From Balanoglossus misakiensis (taxonomy: Eukaryota; Animalia; Hemichordata), in the NCBI GenBank assembly GCA_040954595.2, contig CM082596.2, positions 7,828,468 to 7,892,467 on the forward strand: 64,000 bases of DNA. Reading direction: 5' to 3'. This document shows, in pieces, positions 25,863 to 40,200 of the stretch (positions within the stretch are counted from its first letter, which is position 1; the number at the start of each line of letters is the position of its first letter). The notes below the pieces were generated by a model, which worked only from the letters and a program-made list of their open reading frames with translations, ran no database searches and was not told the DNA's origin. The translations under genes were made by a program, and so were the position numbers.

Positions 25863-27029
25863 TTAAAGGTTAGGTGTACAGTCACTATAATATACATCTC
25901 GTTAGATACTGCAGTCCAGAGATTTACACTTGGGGCCCTGCTAAAAAGGGTTTCCTGACCTATAATCAGAAGGCTAGATGCCATAAATGGTTATTTGTTA
26001 AGTAGTGGTGACTATATCTTTCATTGTTGTTGTAATGTACACACACATGCATGCAGACAGGCAGACACACACACACACAAAAGATGTAGCTCGACATGTA
26101 GCGTGATTTCTGGAGTACATATAATGTAAGAGACAAAATTTAAACAGAAATAAAATACAGTACTGTTGAGTAATAACTTGCTAAAAGTAAACTTTGAAAT
26201 ATTGACATCACAACTTGTCTGTTGTATTTCAACAATTTTTAGAGACAATTTTTCAACAATCTATACACTCTCATAATCCATAATCTATACACTGTCATGG
26301 AAGCCACTGAGGACTTATCCTACTAACCAAACTGTGTACAATCTCTCTCACGATTCTGTATTTCTATGAATGTTTCATCATCATTATTGTTTCTGATATT
26401 TTCTTAATACAAGCAGAGTGATCTTTTCGTACAAGCAGACATACGTGTAAAAGAATTTATTTTTTTGCATTTCTCTTCAAGCAGACATAAAAGAATTTAT
26501 TTTGTACATTTCTGACAAAATAAGTAAACCACTGTGACTTTGCATTTTAACACGCTATAGTTCGGTAAATGTGCTCTCCTTTTCCTACATATGAGTTTAG
26601 ACTGAAATTAAGCTAAAAAATATTGTTGCACGATCATATACAGATATTTACCTCAAGCAAAGACAAAATTAAATCCACAATTATGAAATGAGTAATGATA
26701 GAATCTGTAGAAACAATACAACTTGTTACTGACTTCGCGTCCAATTTGCCACAACAATAATAATGGTGTTTTTTTATTCCCAATCTCTGCATTGCCAATG
26801 TTTTTTCTCACATCCTATTAACTGTATTAGCCCATTGTTAAATTGTAATCTCAGAAAATTACAACTCTACAGCATATTGTACAATTTTCAAAATCTCACT
26901 TTAAAAACGTATTTTCAAAAATGACATCTTCTGACGACCTCCATGGCCTCTTCTGCAGAATTAACAAAGTTGCCAACACTTTTTGAAATTTCAATATTTC
27001 AGGAATATAAGTAATACTGATGCACGACT

Positions 27030-27304
27030 ATACATGTGGATATATAGTGAATCAACGTTCGACCACACACAACTTCCACCCAACTTGTAGACAAGAGAGT
27101 GAAAAGCTCGCCAAAATGAATAATCGGTCTTTACCGTTTATTCATTTTGGCGAGATTTTTACTTTCATATCCTACAAACAGGATGGAAGTTGTGATGTGG
27201 TCGAACGTTGATTGACTTATATCCACGTGTACAATAACATAAGCAGTGTCTTGTATCAAACATAATTAATGGAAAAGGGGCAGCGAGAGACAGACTCTGT
27301 CCCT
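27030..27304. mobile_element. Kolobok-like MITE family B, left-truncated
   Basis: Same internal arms as 54910-55254; right end CTCTGTCCCT-TTAA. Confidence 0.7.
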
Positions 27305-28299
27305 TTAATGTATCTATTCTGTTGGTATGTAAATTTGATTAAACCATAATAAACATTTCAGTTGGATGATTTCCAAAGGTTGTTTTACACATTGGTGATT
27401 ACAGGAGCAACAGTGCCAGTGGCGCTATTCTTATCCCAGAATGTGGGTGTGAGAAATTAATTTTTTTACGGATGGGTATAGAAAGACAGTAAAACTAGTA
27501 AATTGTGTTGTTCTACTCTATGTAACTGGAAGCTTTAAGGGAATACACATCATAGAAAATTTTAAAATGGAGATATCTTTGCATCTATGTGTAAATATAA
27601 AGTGAGATACTAAAATATAGATTCACATGGAAATAAAAATGTCATACTAGTATTTAAAATCATGGAATCAGATCATATTTCATTAAAATGGGAAGATTTT
27701 ACAAATGATTTAAACCTAATTTTGGAAGGCAGTATATCATGAAAGTCTGTAAATCAGATTTGAGGGATATAATAATAGTCATATTAATTCTTAAAACATT
27801 GGTCTTGATGGAAAATGCCAAATGTATACAGATACATTTATTAAAATTGGAATTGTCATTTAAAATGCAAAGGTTTATACAATATTTTTTTTATGAAATA
27901 TAAAAAGTTCAAAGTCAGAGAAGTCTAAAAAGTGTTTTAAGTCGATATGATACTTGGAAATGTTTTAAGAATGTTTGGAATAAAATATCCTGACTGAAGG
28001 TTACCTAGAAAATGATTTCAATTCATTAGTGCAAGATCATAATTCCCTTGCGTATTAAAACGTGCAATATACCTGTTTACAGTTTAAAAGAAATATTGTA
28101 AAATCATTTTGAAGTTTGGAATGATCGGAATCCATCTTCTATTCCTGGTGAAGTTGTATCCACAGTTCCAAAACAACACACCCAAATATGGTTATTCCAA
28201 ATAAGTACTTTGTTACCTTATACGGTATCGTGATAACATGAATCATGACCATATAAGGGAGACGTGCTGCTCCTGCATGACTATATTTGGAAGAGACAC

Positions 28300-31200
28300 T
28301 CAAGCCGTTGTAGCTGGAGTGATGGTAACATGAACAAACAGACTAGCCGGGGACAAGGGCTGGCCATCCTTGGAGAGTAGTGGTAGATGATGGTAGCCTA
28401 TAAAACAAAGAAAAGTACAATTTCAAATCTGTTATTATTTGTACTCAATTAAAATAGAGAAAAAATATAGTCTTTTCTGAAACTATGTATGTAATCACAG
28501 TTATAAGCGTGCTGTTTAGTCAACTAAACAGAGATTGAAGCCTCTATAGCTACCACTTTTTGCATTATTTTTTATGATTTTATTTTCCAACTTAGATTGG
28601 TACATCGAAATAAGCCTTCTAATAGGTATACATGAACATCTTATCGATGCCTGATTGTGGCTGTATGTTGTATGAATGAAGCTCTAGAGGCTTTAAAGAG
28701 TTACCGTTAATTATATAGTCATATTAGAACTTGGACGATAGAGTTAAGTGAAGTGAAAAGAAACGAAATGAACACCACTTGACAGAAATCACACGGTGAC
28801 TTACCCTGTTGCATGCTGGTCATTGGGATGCTGTACTGACCAATGAATTCATTGGTACCTATCCTCTCGTAGTCGCGCACCAGGAAGCGCACCATGGCCA
28901 ACTCCGGGACTTTGACGTCGAATTCCAGAGTCTCATTCCACTGTGGGTTGAACCCTTTAAAAACATCAATGATCCAACATTAATATTTAGTACAGTGTGT
29001 ACATCCCGATAATACTCTAGGTTTTTGTGAGGGAAAGTTTGGCGCGCAAGTATGACTTTCAACAGTTACGTTATTGCTTTCTGACAGCCAGACAGTCATC
29101 ATTGACTATGAACATCAGTAACTTTACCATGTTAGACTGACCATGAAATGATCAAAGTAGGAGCAGGGGCAGCCAATAATCTGCTATCCAGCTATTCTAA
29201 TACCAGGTTCACACACGAAAAAAATTGTCGCTTGCGTCCGCACACACAAAGTTTACGTATAGGCGCTGAGGCTCAGTCCCATAGACAATGGGTAGCGGAG
29301 AGGTGTTAATCCTTAGACCTGCTCAGGTTTTTTTAAGACGGTATCTGAGACGCTTCAGAACCGTCTTAATGGTGTGTGTGTGACCCCCATATAAGTAACA
29401 TAGATTAATATCAACTAACCATTATCTCGTACATAATCTGTTTTAGCTTCATTCCAATCGGCGCCTGCCCCGTAGATGTAGATCTTGACGTAGGGATCAA
29501 TGATTTCATTACTGATCTTAGGGAGTTGTTGACCACTTATCACCTGCAACAAAAAGAGGCATTGAGATCGCCATAGTAAAACACTTTGGCTTGATGTAAA
29601 ACACAAAACCTTCACACCCAGAGCATTTAATCTGTCGGCATACAATGCACATCAGTGTGTGAAAATGAATACAGCATGTAACAGTTTCTTTTACTGACAT
29701 TTGAGGATAACCAGTACATTGCGAAAGTTTCGGTGGAATTAATAGTAATCTTGTCTTTTTTTCTCGAAAGACACTAACTTTTCATGAATTAATATTTACC
29801 ATCTGTATTAGTGCAATGTGTACAGAATAAAGATATGTTTGGAGTGTTCAGTGTCTCCACAGGTTAAAACAATGTACAGTTATAGTCCTCACAAGAATGT
29901 GTCATTTGACAACACGAACAATATTTCAGTTTCAAAGTAGTTTCCTCTGTATATGATACACACCTTCAACCAAGTGATCGAACAATTGGAGTAAACTGTA
30001 TTTTTTTAAAAAACACTCCTTTTTTCAAATTCATACTGACAAATGTTCGTACTAGTTAAGTTTAATAATTATAATTTTGGACAACTTCTGACTAAGAAGT
30101 AAACTCACCTTTATCTTAAGAAGGCAGCGCGAATTATCACCAGGGTTCTCGGGATCAAACGTTGTTTTAGCTGTTGACAAAAAATAACTCTTGATTATAA
30201 TATGACTCCTGGTGTCATGATATTGGATTATTTCTCTCACAAATGTCTAGTGAGCTCAGATAATTGATTCTGTGCAAAAAAACCTGCATCATACATTTTG
30301 CATCCTCTAGTGGTGGTAGTTCATCTTACAAATAACTGACAACCTGGGAAATGTCGATTTCAGAAATTTATTCATACGAGTGTTTATACTTACGTGACGT
30401 GAGGAGAGGTGGTTTGAGGATGTAACCACAGTTACCGTTCTGTTTGAATTTGCCGAGATACAGATCCATCTCATCTCCGGCAGTCTGGTAGTTCAATGCA
30501 ACTGTACAGGTGGATAAAAGAACAGGGGGGAGTGAAATCAGTAAATGGAATGGAAAACCAATCATGGCTTTTGCTACTAGTGGACCCTCGCTAAGTTGCG
30601 ACAACAACCCCCAGTTCCCTCTTGAGAGGTCCAACCTTACCATTGAAAACTATTGGTTTGGACTGAACCATGATGGTGAAAAGGTTAACATGTGAATATT
30701 TAAATGCATGGAAAATGTTTCCACCTATGCATGATTAGAATTCATCTGGGTGTGGTTGGAAGCTGGAAGAGCTAACACATGACTTCCAAGGCAAATTTTG
30801 GTTTTTATCTTATTTCAATGGGGGCTTCAGTATTGGACCAACATCTACTGTTCAGTATGGGCAGTGGTATAGTCATTTGTGGAACGGAGGGGTGATAAGC
30901 AACTCACCAATCTGACATCCTGCATTCCACAGTGTCTGCGGGTGGTAGTTACTGGAATTGGTCCTCATCCCACTGGGGTAGGTGCGGCTTAACTGGAACT
31001 GGTTATGCTTGATGTAGTCTGTGGCACTCTCCTTGGCCAGAGAAATGGCCTTGCTTTCAGCAAACGATGACATCTCATAGAAAGAGTCTACAACGGATAG
31101 TTTAGAGTATAAACATTGTTTTCTGAACAACAAAACAGGACTACTTAATTTGAATATATGACGTAAGATGAACATTTCATAATTTGAATATAAACACCTT

Positions 31201-34200
31201 GAACATCTGGGGTATAACATTTGATAGTCTGGTAAGGTTTGTATTGCAGTAACCAGAACTTCTTCCATCAGCGAATGTCAACCTTCAAGACATCTTAATC
31301 TCAGCCCTAATGACTCTTTTCAACTTGATAGAAATACTTACACTTGCTCCTGGTATGTTCAAAAGATGTGAAGTGTACACTCTTACACAGAACCACCAAA
31401 TCAGACAACTCTTTGGCCAACTTCACAGTCTTTTTCTATCGAATAGACACAAAAAACAGACTTGTAACAAAAATTATCTATTATACATTTATAAGCAGCG
31501 TTAAATAATATCTTAAGCCACCAGTGGAGTAATTTAGAAACCAGGTTTCGTGGGTTTTTTTCTACCCCAGGGCATGTACTTGGTTGTGGCTCAAAGCAAG
31601 TCATGAACAGAATCATCACTACAATGTTAATATCGGTGTGCAATCAGAACTAAGTTTATCAGCTCTGGATTAGCCCATGGCCAGTCTAGGTCACCATCAT
31701 TGTCACATCACATTAAAACAATGACAAGGGCCATGTGAACAAGAGTGGCAATTTAATACATGTAGCTAACAATGAGCCGACCCATTGTTAGCGCAACTGG
31801 AAAAGCCCTCCCCCTAAAAATAACAAAACAAAAACACAGACAGACAAGGAAGAATTTCCTTTCCATCATACATGCACCTGAGAGGGAAATACTAAAATCC
31901 TAAAAGAGGAAAGTTAAAAGCCTGTTCATAAGAAACCCAAGGAAGGAATTAAGAATACCATTGTTATCATATATCTGTCGGTTACCATTTGCAGGCACTC
32001 TAGACTAGAAACACTGAAACGTTACATCCTTACACATATACATGTACTGGTATCATAAGCAGAGTGCTGGGTATGCATGGTATGGGAGTACAGAGAGAAA
32101 GGGTACTTGATACACACTGATTAATAAAAGTAATGAAAAGAGAAAGTTACAGAAAGTGGGCCTTGAACTTCGTCACTGCTATAGTATATGCAACGACTTC
32201 ATGTGCATATTCATAACAAATGGAGACTTGGTGTTACTGTTAGGTTCACTTTATGAAACAATTATGCAGTAAAATACTAGAGTTTATGTCTTCATACAAG
32301 TTCTTGCATTCTTGTACTTTGTTATTACGGTAGTTCAGTGGACTTGTGCGCAGTATATCAGGCTACTGGCAAATGGAGAATTTTTATGATGTTCAGAACA
32401 GTATACGTCATCATTTTTCTTGTACTGATATTTTGCTGAAATTCTTTATTACAGAGATGTTCTTATTCTGATGCAGGGAGGTGATATTCAGGGCTTCTGC
32501 AGTGGACAACCAAAGTGAGTCTGTTTACACTATTGTTTCCTTGAGTTGAAACTCTACTGAAATGTGCCCAGTTGATAGCTGAACAAGGGTTAGAGTACGT
32601 ACTGCACTAGACTCTCTCACAGCCCCTCTCGTTGTCCATGCAGGCTTATGGACTGATTGCATGCGTGCCCGCAACACCATATGGGGCTTCTCCTTTGCTA
32701 AACAGTTGAGGGCGCATCAGTGAAGAGCCTTGTAGCCAACCATGGGCTGTGAGAGAGTCTAGTACTGCACACACATACTGACTTATAAGAGGAAGTGATT
32801 ATTGTGTTATTTCTTCAATGCCACATCACTGTCTCACTTTATCAAAGCTGAAAAAGGTAGGTCATAATTAAGTTGTGGGAATCTGTGATGTATTGTGAAT
32901 TAAAGGTATACGGTCACCTATGTAAATTTAGCTACAGTTACCATGGCAAATTGAGATCAAGCCAATCACAGATTTTCCGTGGGTGGCACACTCGAAAACA
33001 AAAGAGCGCCACTATATGTTCTTTAGAACACTCAAATGAGCTATCTCTGCCGTATATGGGCGTCTGCAAATTGGAGGTGACTGTATACCTTTAATGCTTT
33101 GAAGCCAGCTTGGAAGTATTATATTGAGTGTCACAGTGATAGGTTTAAATGGAGTGCATTGTAAATTTTATTCAAATTAAGATGTTAACTGGTACCGTGG
33201 TGTAAGGGGTTAAACTGGGTTTGGAGTACTGTAAAAAATTTTAATAAGGATGTCAACTGGTATGGTTCTCTGAGAGTTTTCTAAAATTAAACATGCTTGT
33301 CAATTTCACGTAAACTAATGTGTAAGAACATTATCTGAATTTAGTAAAACCTTTCAGAGATGTGCTGATAAAAAATAAAATATTGCACACAGAAAAGGAT
33401 CAACATTAGACAGGTATAACAACTCTGTTTAGATATAGCATGTGTCTCTTTATTAATAATTATAGTCAAATTTGTAGTAGTTCTATTCTCTTGAGTGCTG
33501 CTGTACTTAGCGCCCTCTAGAGTTATTACAATGGTGGCCTACTGTTTTTCAACAATCAACTTATCATTTCATATCACAAGAAATATAAATTATGAAGAAG
33601 AGACATGGAGTATGCATGGATACAGGGTAGTTAATGTACTGAAAAAATTAGAAAAATTACAATAATAAGGACATATTTATCAGGGACAAAGACAACATAT
33701 AGATTATATATTTAATCGTTTTTGTGGAGTGTGGCCAATGAAAACTGAAAGAGGCTTATAAAATTAAGACTTGTTTAACCATAGATCTCCGTGTTCCCAT
33801 ATCTTTCCTCCGGCAACTGGTTTACTATGTGATATCATTGAAATTAAGAAATGTCATTTGATCTTTTCAACACCATATAACTATATTATTATTATCATCA
33901 TGATGATTATTTCCATTATTATTATTATCTCTTCACCATACAATCTTTGTAAAAAAACACAGAAACCATCTTACCTACCCCAGTTTGAGACTTGCCCGCA
34001 TGCTGTTTAGAATTATTTTTGGCTTTGGCCTACAGGAGATCATATTGATGAATTTCCAGGAAAAATAAGGGTATCATGTCCCTTACACACAAAACTAAAT
34101 CTAAACTTTCCCACATTTGCTGCATTCAGGTCTGTACTGAAGCATCATTAACCATGCAAATAAATTTTAATTATATGCAAGATGCACCAACCAAAATCTG

Positions 34201-37200
34201 AAATATGCTAGGGCACCTTAAAACATGCTCTGTCTATACCAAATCACATGAAAATCGGGTCAGGGATTGCTCTGATATGGTGGGCCAATATATCTACAGA
34301 CAGGCATTAAAGACATACAGATGAACTATAAACCGACAGACAGACAGACAGACAGACACTGAGACAGAGAGACATTGGCGAGACAGAGGATGTCATTTCT
34401 ATCCTACAACACATGTCTAGAAACCCACCTGAAATGTCCACCGCTAGTAAGTAGCACAGATGAAAATAACACTAGATTTTTCAGTATGAAATTATGAATA
34501 ATGCCATGTAGAAAAGACATAAAGTCTAGTGATAGTCATCCAAAAATTCACAATGATTTCCTTCATGTTGCATACATGTCATAAAACAAAATCATGGACA
34601 AGATGGTGGCAAATTTGAATTTGAGTTTATCGTAAGGTTTACATGTACCTGAATGAGAAAGTCACAATAGATATTGCAAATAAAGTTAACCCCGTTATAT
34701 TAATATACTGTAGATTCCAAAATAATGGTAAGAAATCAAAACTTGGACAATTTAGTAGAATTCAGTTAACTTTCTGTAATATACACAACCATGTACATTA
34801 TACCCATTAATGACTGAACTTCACATTTCATGGACCACATAATTGTAGAAGACATTCTGGCTCCTACCTGTGGTTTTCAAAGATATAGATTCCCAGTGAA
34901 ATAGTATGTTCATTTTAAGCAGCCATGTGTACAACCAAAGTGGTATGTACATACATGAATATGGGATGTTGCATCTCATGAATATTTAATAGCAACAGCA
35001 CCGCTGCAGAACAGACCAGTCAGTGGTGTTTCGCACACTCCTGACTGCATGGGAATCCAATCTGGGATACCACAGCTGGACCAGTCTTTATCCAAAGCCA
35101 CTTACCTCTTTGCCCTTGACCTTCTGCTTGACCTCTTCATCCTCCAAGTCCGCAGCTTCATCTTCATCGCTGACCTCGCCGTGATCTTCAGCACTTTCTT
35201 TCTCTTCCTTCAACTTCTTTCCCTGAAAGTACAACGCAAAATTTTGAATAGACTCTAAACAAGAACACTGGGCTTTCAAAAAAGAATTTTTACTGAGTTT
35301 TGGCACTAAGCAATGCTCTGGTTCTTAACCCTTTCACCATCTTGGTTTGGTCCGAATCCATTGTTTTCTATGGTAAGGTTGGACCTCTAAATTGAGGGAA
35401 TTGGGGGTGAAAGGGTTAAACTCTTGTGTTTCCTCCTTTGTGGTATGAACTCAAAAAATACCAGCCAAACCAAAAAAGTATGATATTTGACAACAAACAA
35501 ACAAATAATAATTCATGAATAATTTACCTTGATAAGAATTCTTCCTTTCAAATTCTCAGGTGATGGTAAATTTTTCATCTTAGCTGTTACTGGAGTTGTA
35601 TACAACTTTTCTGTCGAACCGGTTAAGGATTTCATTTCCTCCAATCAATCTCTCACTCTATATGTAATAATTATTTTTTTAAATCATTTTAAAACCGAAA
35701 GCGGAATCATTATTCATTTATTTGGCAAAATTGCCATGGGAGCACATTAATGTTTGTAGCTGATGTGTTTCCGCTACACAATGCAGTGCTGGCTTTGTGC
35801 TTACTCCAGTGTTTGGTCCAGCAGAGAATCATTGAACGTCACAACTTTAACTTGGTAAGGCCGTGCACATATGAGAGAGCTCCATGTAAGCTGGTCAAAC
35901 TCTAACAGAGATATCAGTGAACAAACTGTTAAATAACTATTACATCATTGAAAAGGACAACATTGCAATCAACATTTATCTGGCTTGAAGTAATTCTTAG
36001 CATCAGTTAAGTAGTTGTTTACTTTTCTGTTCAAGATACTCTTCAAATTACAGCTAGGCAAATTTGCCTGTCCTGTATATCATATAACACTTATTTAAAC
36101 TGTCCATGTAGGGAACAGGGTATGGCACTCTGTATGAAGGAATGTGAGCCATCCTAAAATTGTCTCCTTCCCTGGGTCAAAGTTGGAGGGAAACATACCT
36201 TTTTTGACATTTTTCGTTGCCCCACATGCCTGAGGGAGACATATAACAACACCAGGCTTTTTTGTCCAATCTGTATCATATACATGAACTCAAAAATGAC
36301 AGCTTCATTCTTAGGTACATAAGTTGTTGTTTTTCTGATATGCACACTGGGGCAGATAATTATCAGGTAACAGTTGGGACTCAAAGTCAAGGATACTACC
36401 AAGAATATCCACCATGTGTTTAGCCATGACAGCCTGCTGCTCAACGCTGCAGTGGTTCTCTAAGGACAAGATCACAGGATACCTGAAAAGAATATCAACA
36501 ATAAGTATAAACTCCACAATGACAATAAAAAACGTGTAAATGTGAACACGTCACTAATGATACGATGCAACCTAATGGGCTACATGTGTTGTGTGGCTAA
36601 TATGCTCAGATGAAGATGGCAAATACATGCACTTGTGTGTCAGCATATACATGTACCATTAGCAGCTTAAATCATAAACCAAATACACAAAAATTTGTTA
36701 GTGAGTCTTACTCAGATGAAACAAAAGCGTATCTGTCCACAACTTCGATGACATCCTGGAACTTGATCTTGGAAGTCAGTGTGTAGCCATGATAGATGAT
36801 TGGTTGACCGTCTGGACCATCCCAACAGTCCACTGTGGAGATAAAAGATACACAAAGAACAGTGATGACAATACCATTGTCGCAATGTCAACCAACTGTC
36901 AAATGATAATGCAGTTGTTTTAACAACAGTGGCAACTTCAAAATCTGTGATCACTTAAATTTGTCTGTTCTATTATGTGTAATTTGGAACTGTTGTTTTG
37001 GGCATGTGACATTTGGCACAAAATTATAACTACAATATTTCCTGCGGGTCACAAGAGTCTGTTTCCGTACGAGCAATTTTAACAGAGTACAGTAAAACCT
37101 ATTCTTAACCAAACACCATAGGGATTGAAGAAATTGTTCAGTTTTCAGGTGTCAGGTTTATAGAGGTTCTTTTAACATGTGGTTCTACAATGTATGTCAA

Positions 37201-40200
37201 AGTGACTGGAAAGGTGTTCAGTATAGACAGGTTTCCAGATTAGACAGGGTTTGGTTTAGACAGGTTTTACTGTGTAGTAGTATTGTAATTATGTAAACAC
37301 TGAAGAAATTTACAGAGCAAGCTTGGTGATTGAAAACATGGCCAGCATGTGGGTTGAGACATTGGAGGTCTCAATATGAACCAAATTTTATGAATGTGTT
37401 GAGTCACATGTACGATGCAAAGGGCATTTCTGTGCCTTATGTGATGAGGTAAATATATAACCAGAACTATACACTAAATTTTGGTAGCAGAAGGCAATCT
37501 GACTGATTTGCTAAATGTTTGAGACACTTACATTCAACACATCTACATCCAAGGCGCAGTGCTCTCACATAAGCTTCAGTGCTGCTTGGTCCCTTCAGTT
37601 GATCTTCCAACAGATAACTGGAAAGATGGAATCACAAAAGTATTATTGGCAACAAAACATAGTCATGTTGAACATTTATTGTACGTACACTGGGAGCGTG
37701 TGGAATTTGTCTCTTCCCATTGGATTACATATAATTGCCAGAAAACCCACTTCAAGTTCCACTGTTGTCATTTTCATGAGGTTTACATATAGCTGAACCA
37801 AGTGAAATTAAAGTCAGTGGTAAAATAATATGGTCTGGCCATTATTATACATTTAACAAATGGTGTCAATTACAAGGCATTTTATCAACTTATGGTATCA
37901 TATGTTCAAATGTCCCTAAAAGACATATTGTCTTAAAAAAAAACTAATATCATGATCGTTTTCTGATAATTTTACGATCGTTGAAAACTTACGTGTTATG
38001 TGACGATGCAATGAAGTAGTCAGTTAGTGGCTTTGACATGTCCTGATAGATTTCAGCATGGAGAGGGTTCATCAGGGTGCTTTCTGTTCCTTTCAAGAAA
38101 AGTTTGAAACCTGGAAGATGCAAAGAGGGAGTGTGAGTTGGTGTATACTGCACATATAAGACAGAATTTTAAAATCATTAAAGTGTGTTCTAGGTTCATA
38201 GTACTGTTCCTGTACGTACTCTAGTTTTGAGTTATCATCTCGAAAAAAATACTGTAAAACGGGTTATTTTCGCGAAATACGCGAGAGCCAAAAAAAATTT
38301 GAAAATAAAAAGTTGCGTAAAATGTTTTTTCGGAGATAACGATGCAGTTAGTGAAATACGAGAACACCAGAATTAATCCTCACGTAACAGTTGCCTCTTT
38401 TGATATCGCGAAAATGTCCTGTCACGAAAATCACCCGTTTTACAGTAAAAAGTTGGGTCTTATACAAGAGGACAGAACTCTGAAATTTTTCGGCTTCAAA
38501 TATATCACATGCCACTTTCCACCAATCACAGGATACATTATATTTAGAACTCTCACCATCAGAACTGAGTAGTGACGCTTTAGCCAACTCTTCATGAGGT
38601 TCGTATGTTTCGATCATCTTCTCGCACCAAGCATCATCAACGTCTGTTTTCTAGAGGAAAGAAACAACCAACAATGGTGAAAACAAACTCAAAGCCAGTT
38701 CCCTGCAAAAAAATAATGTTTGATATGGTCCCATCTCAGAACTATGATACAAACCATTTATTGGGAAGCTAATACATTTCTCTGCAATCTGTTTTAACCC
38801 TTTCACCACCATAGTTCCGTCCAAGCCCATTGTTTTCTATGCTACGGTTTGACCACTAAAAGGGGAACTGGGGGTGAAAGGTTAAGCGCTACAAAGTCAA
38901 TTCCCTGACGACTGATAATGAAACTTTAAAAATTTACTTACATGCTGTTCTGTGGTCAGGAAGTTTTTGAATTCATCTAAAGTCAGGAAAACTTCATCTC
39001 CGCCAAAGTCATACCTGAACACAAACATGAAAAACATTATTTTTTATTTAAAAATATAAAAATAAAGTTATTACTAATATCAAACATTATGATGACTGTT
39101 GTAATGACTAGCATTAATATCATAAATCTGAGGTTTGTAACAATTCAGTATTTCTGGATTGGGTTAGCACAGTCTGTCTATAGGGAACAGAGGGTCAATG
39201 AAACATAAAATTTTAGTCCTTTTATATGCATTTCCAAATATGATGAACATTTTGCATGAGTGACATGAGGTACCTTGCTTCCATACTGTAATATTTCACA
39301 TCATAGACTCTGGGGATCTCTGCCCACATATAAAGCTAGCTGTACATCAGCTTTTTCATGCTATCCAGAAAGTTCATCGTTGTAGATACATAAAACTATG
39401 TGATATGATGTATGAGCTGTGTGTGTACTTTGTGTATGCATATGTGCAAGCTAATTATTTTTCTTCTAACATTCAAAAACACATTTCTGTCACGTTGTAA
39501 AAGTGTGAAGTAATTCTCCTGGGCTACTTCCAATGTGATATTCACACAAGTGACACTTGTGCTAACGATGACAATCAGTGGGTGAAAGATGGTTACATGT
39601 GGTTAGTAAGAGTTGTCCAAGTCAGATACTGTAAAAGAAATTAGTGCACTGTGTGGTTCGTGTGTGGTTGTAATTTCCCAACCCCCCCAACTGTTGTTGG
39701 AATATGGAAAAACTAAAACAGACACATGCATCGTGCAATCAAAATGACATCTTGGGTTGAAGAGGTGGAGTACATACAAACAAAAAAGATCTTGGTGTGA
39801 AACTTACGAGTAACTGATTCACAGGAATAAAATAAACATATTGACAGACAAACACAAAAAATACATAAAAAAATTACTTGAAAAATCAACATATTCAGAG
39901 TAACGACAACAACAAACAAATCAGACTATTTGCACTCATTTCAAGAACATATTTCTCATGAACAAACAGAAAATCACTTTACATTCTGTATATTGTAACA
40001 GACATACATGTATTTGTTCATAAAACATTGCATGGTCACCAAGATATCTTTTAACAGTTTTAATCTTTAATTATAGTAGTTATGCCAGCTGCAATAGACG
40101 CAAAATATTTAATGAACACTAAACTTTTCATCCTATTTGACTTTCTTGCATTGCTACGCAAGAGTTGGAAAAGCGTACCATCTACACTGGATATTATCAC

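Noticed and set aside
32150-32590. Coding-looking stretch on the - strand in the PLC-B linker intron
   Set aside because: The frame read ends in a stop after under 40 codons, with no PLC similarity and no convincing splice pair.
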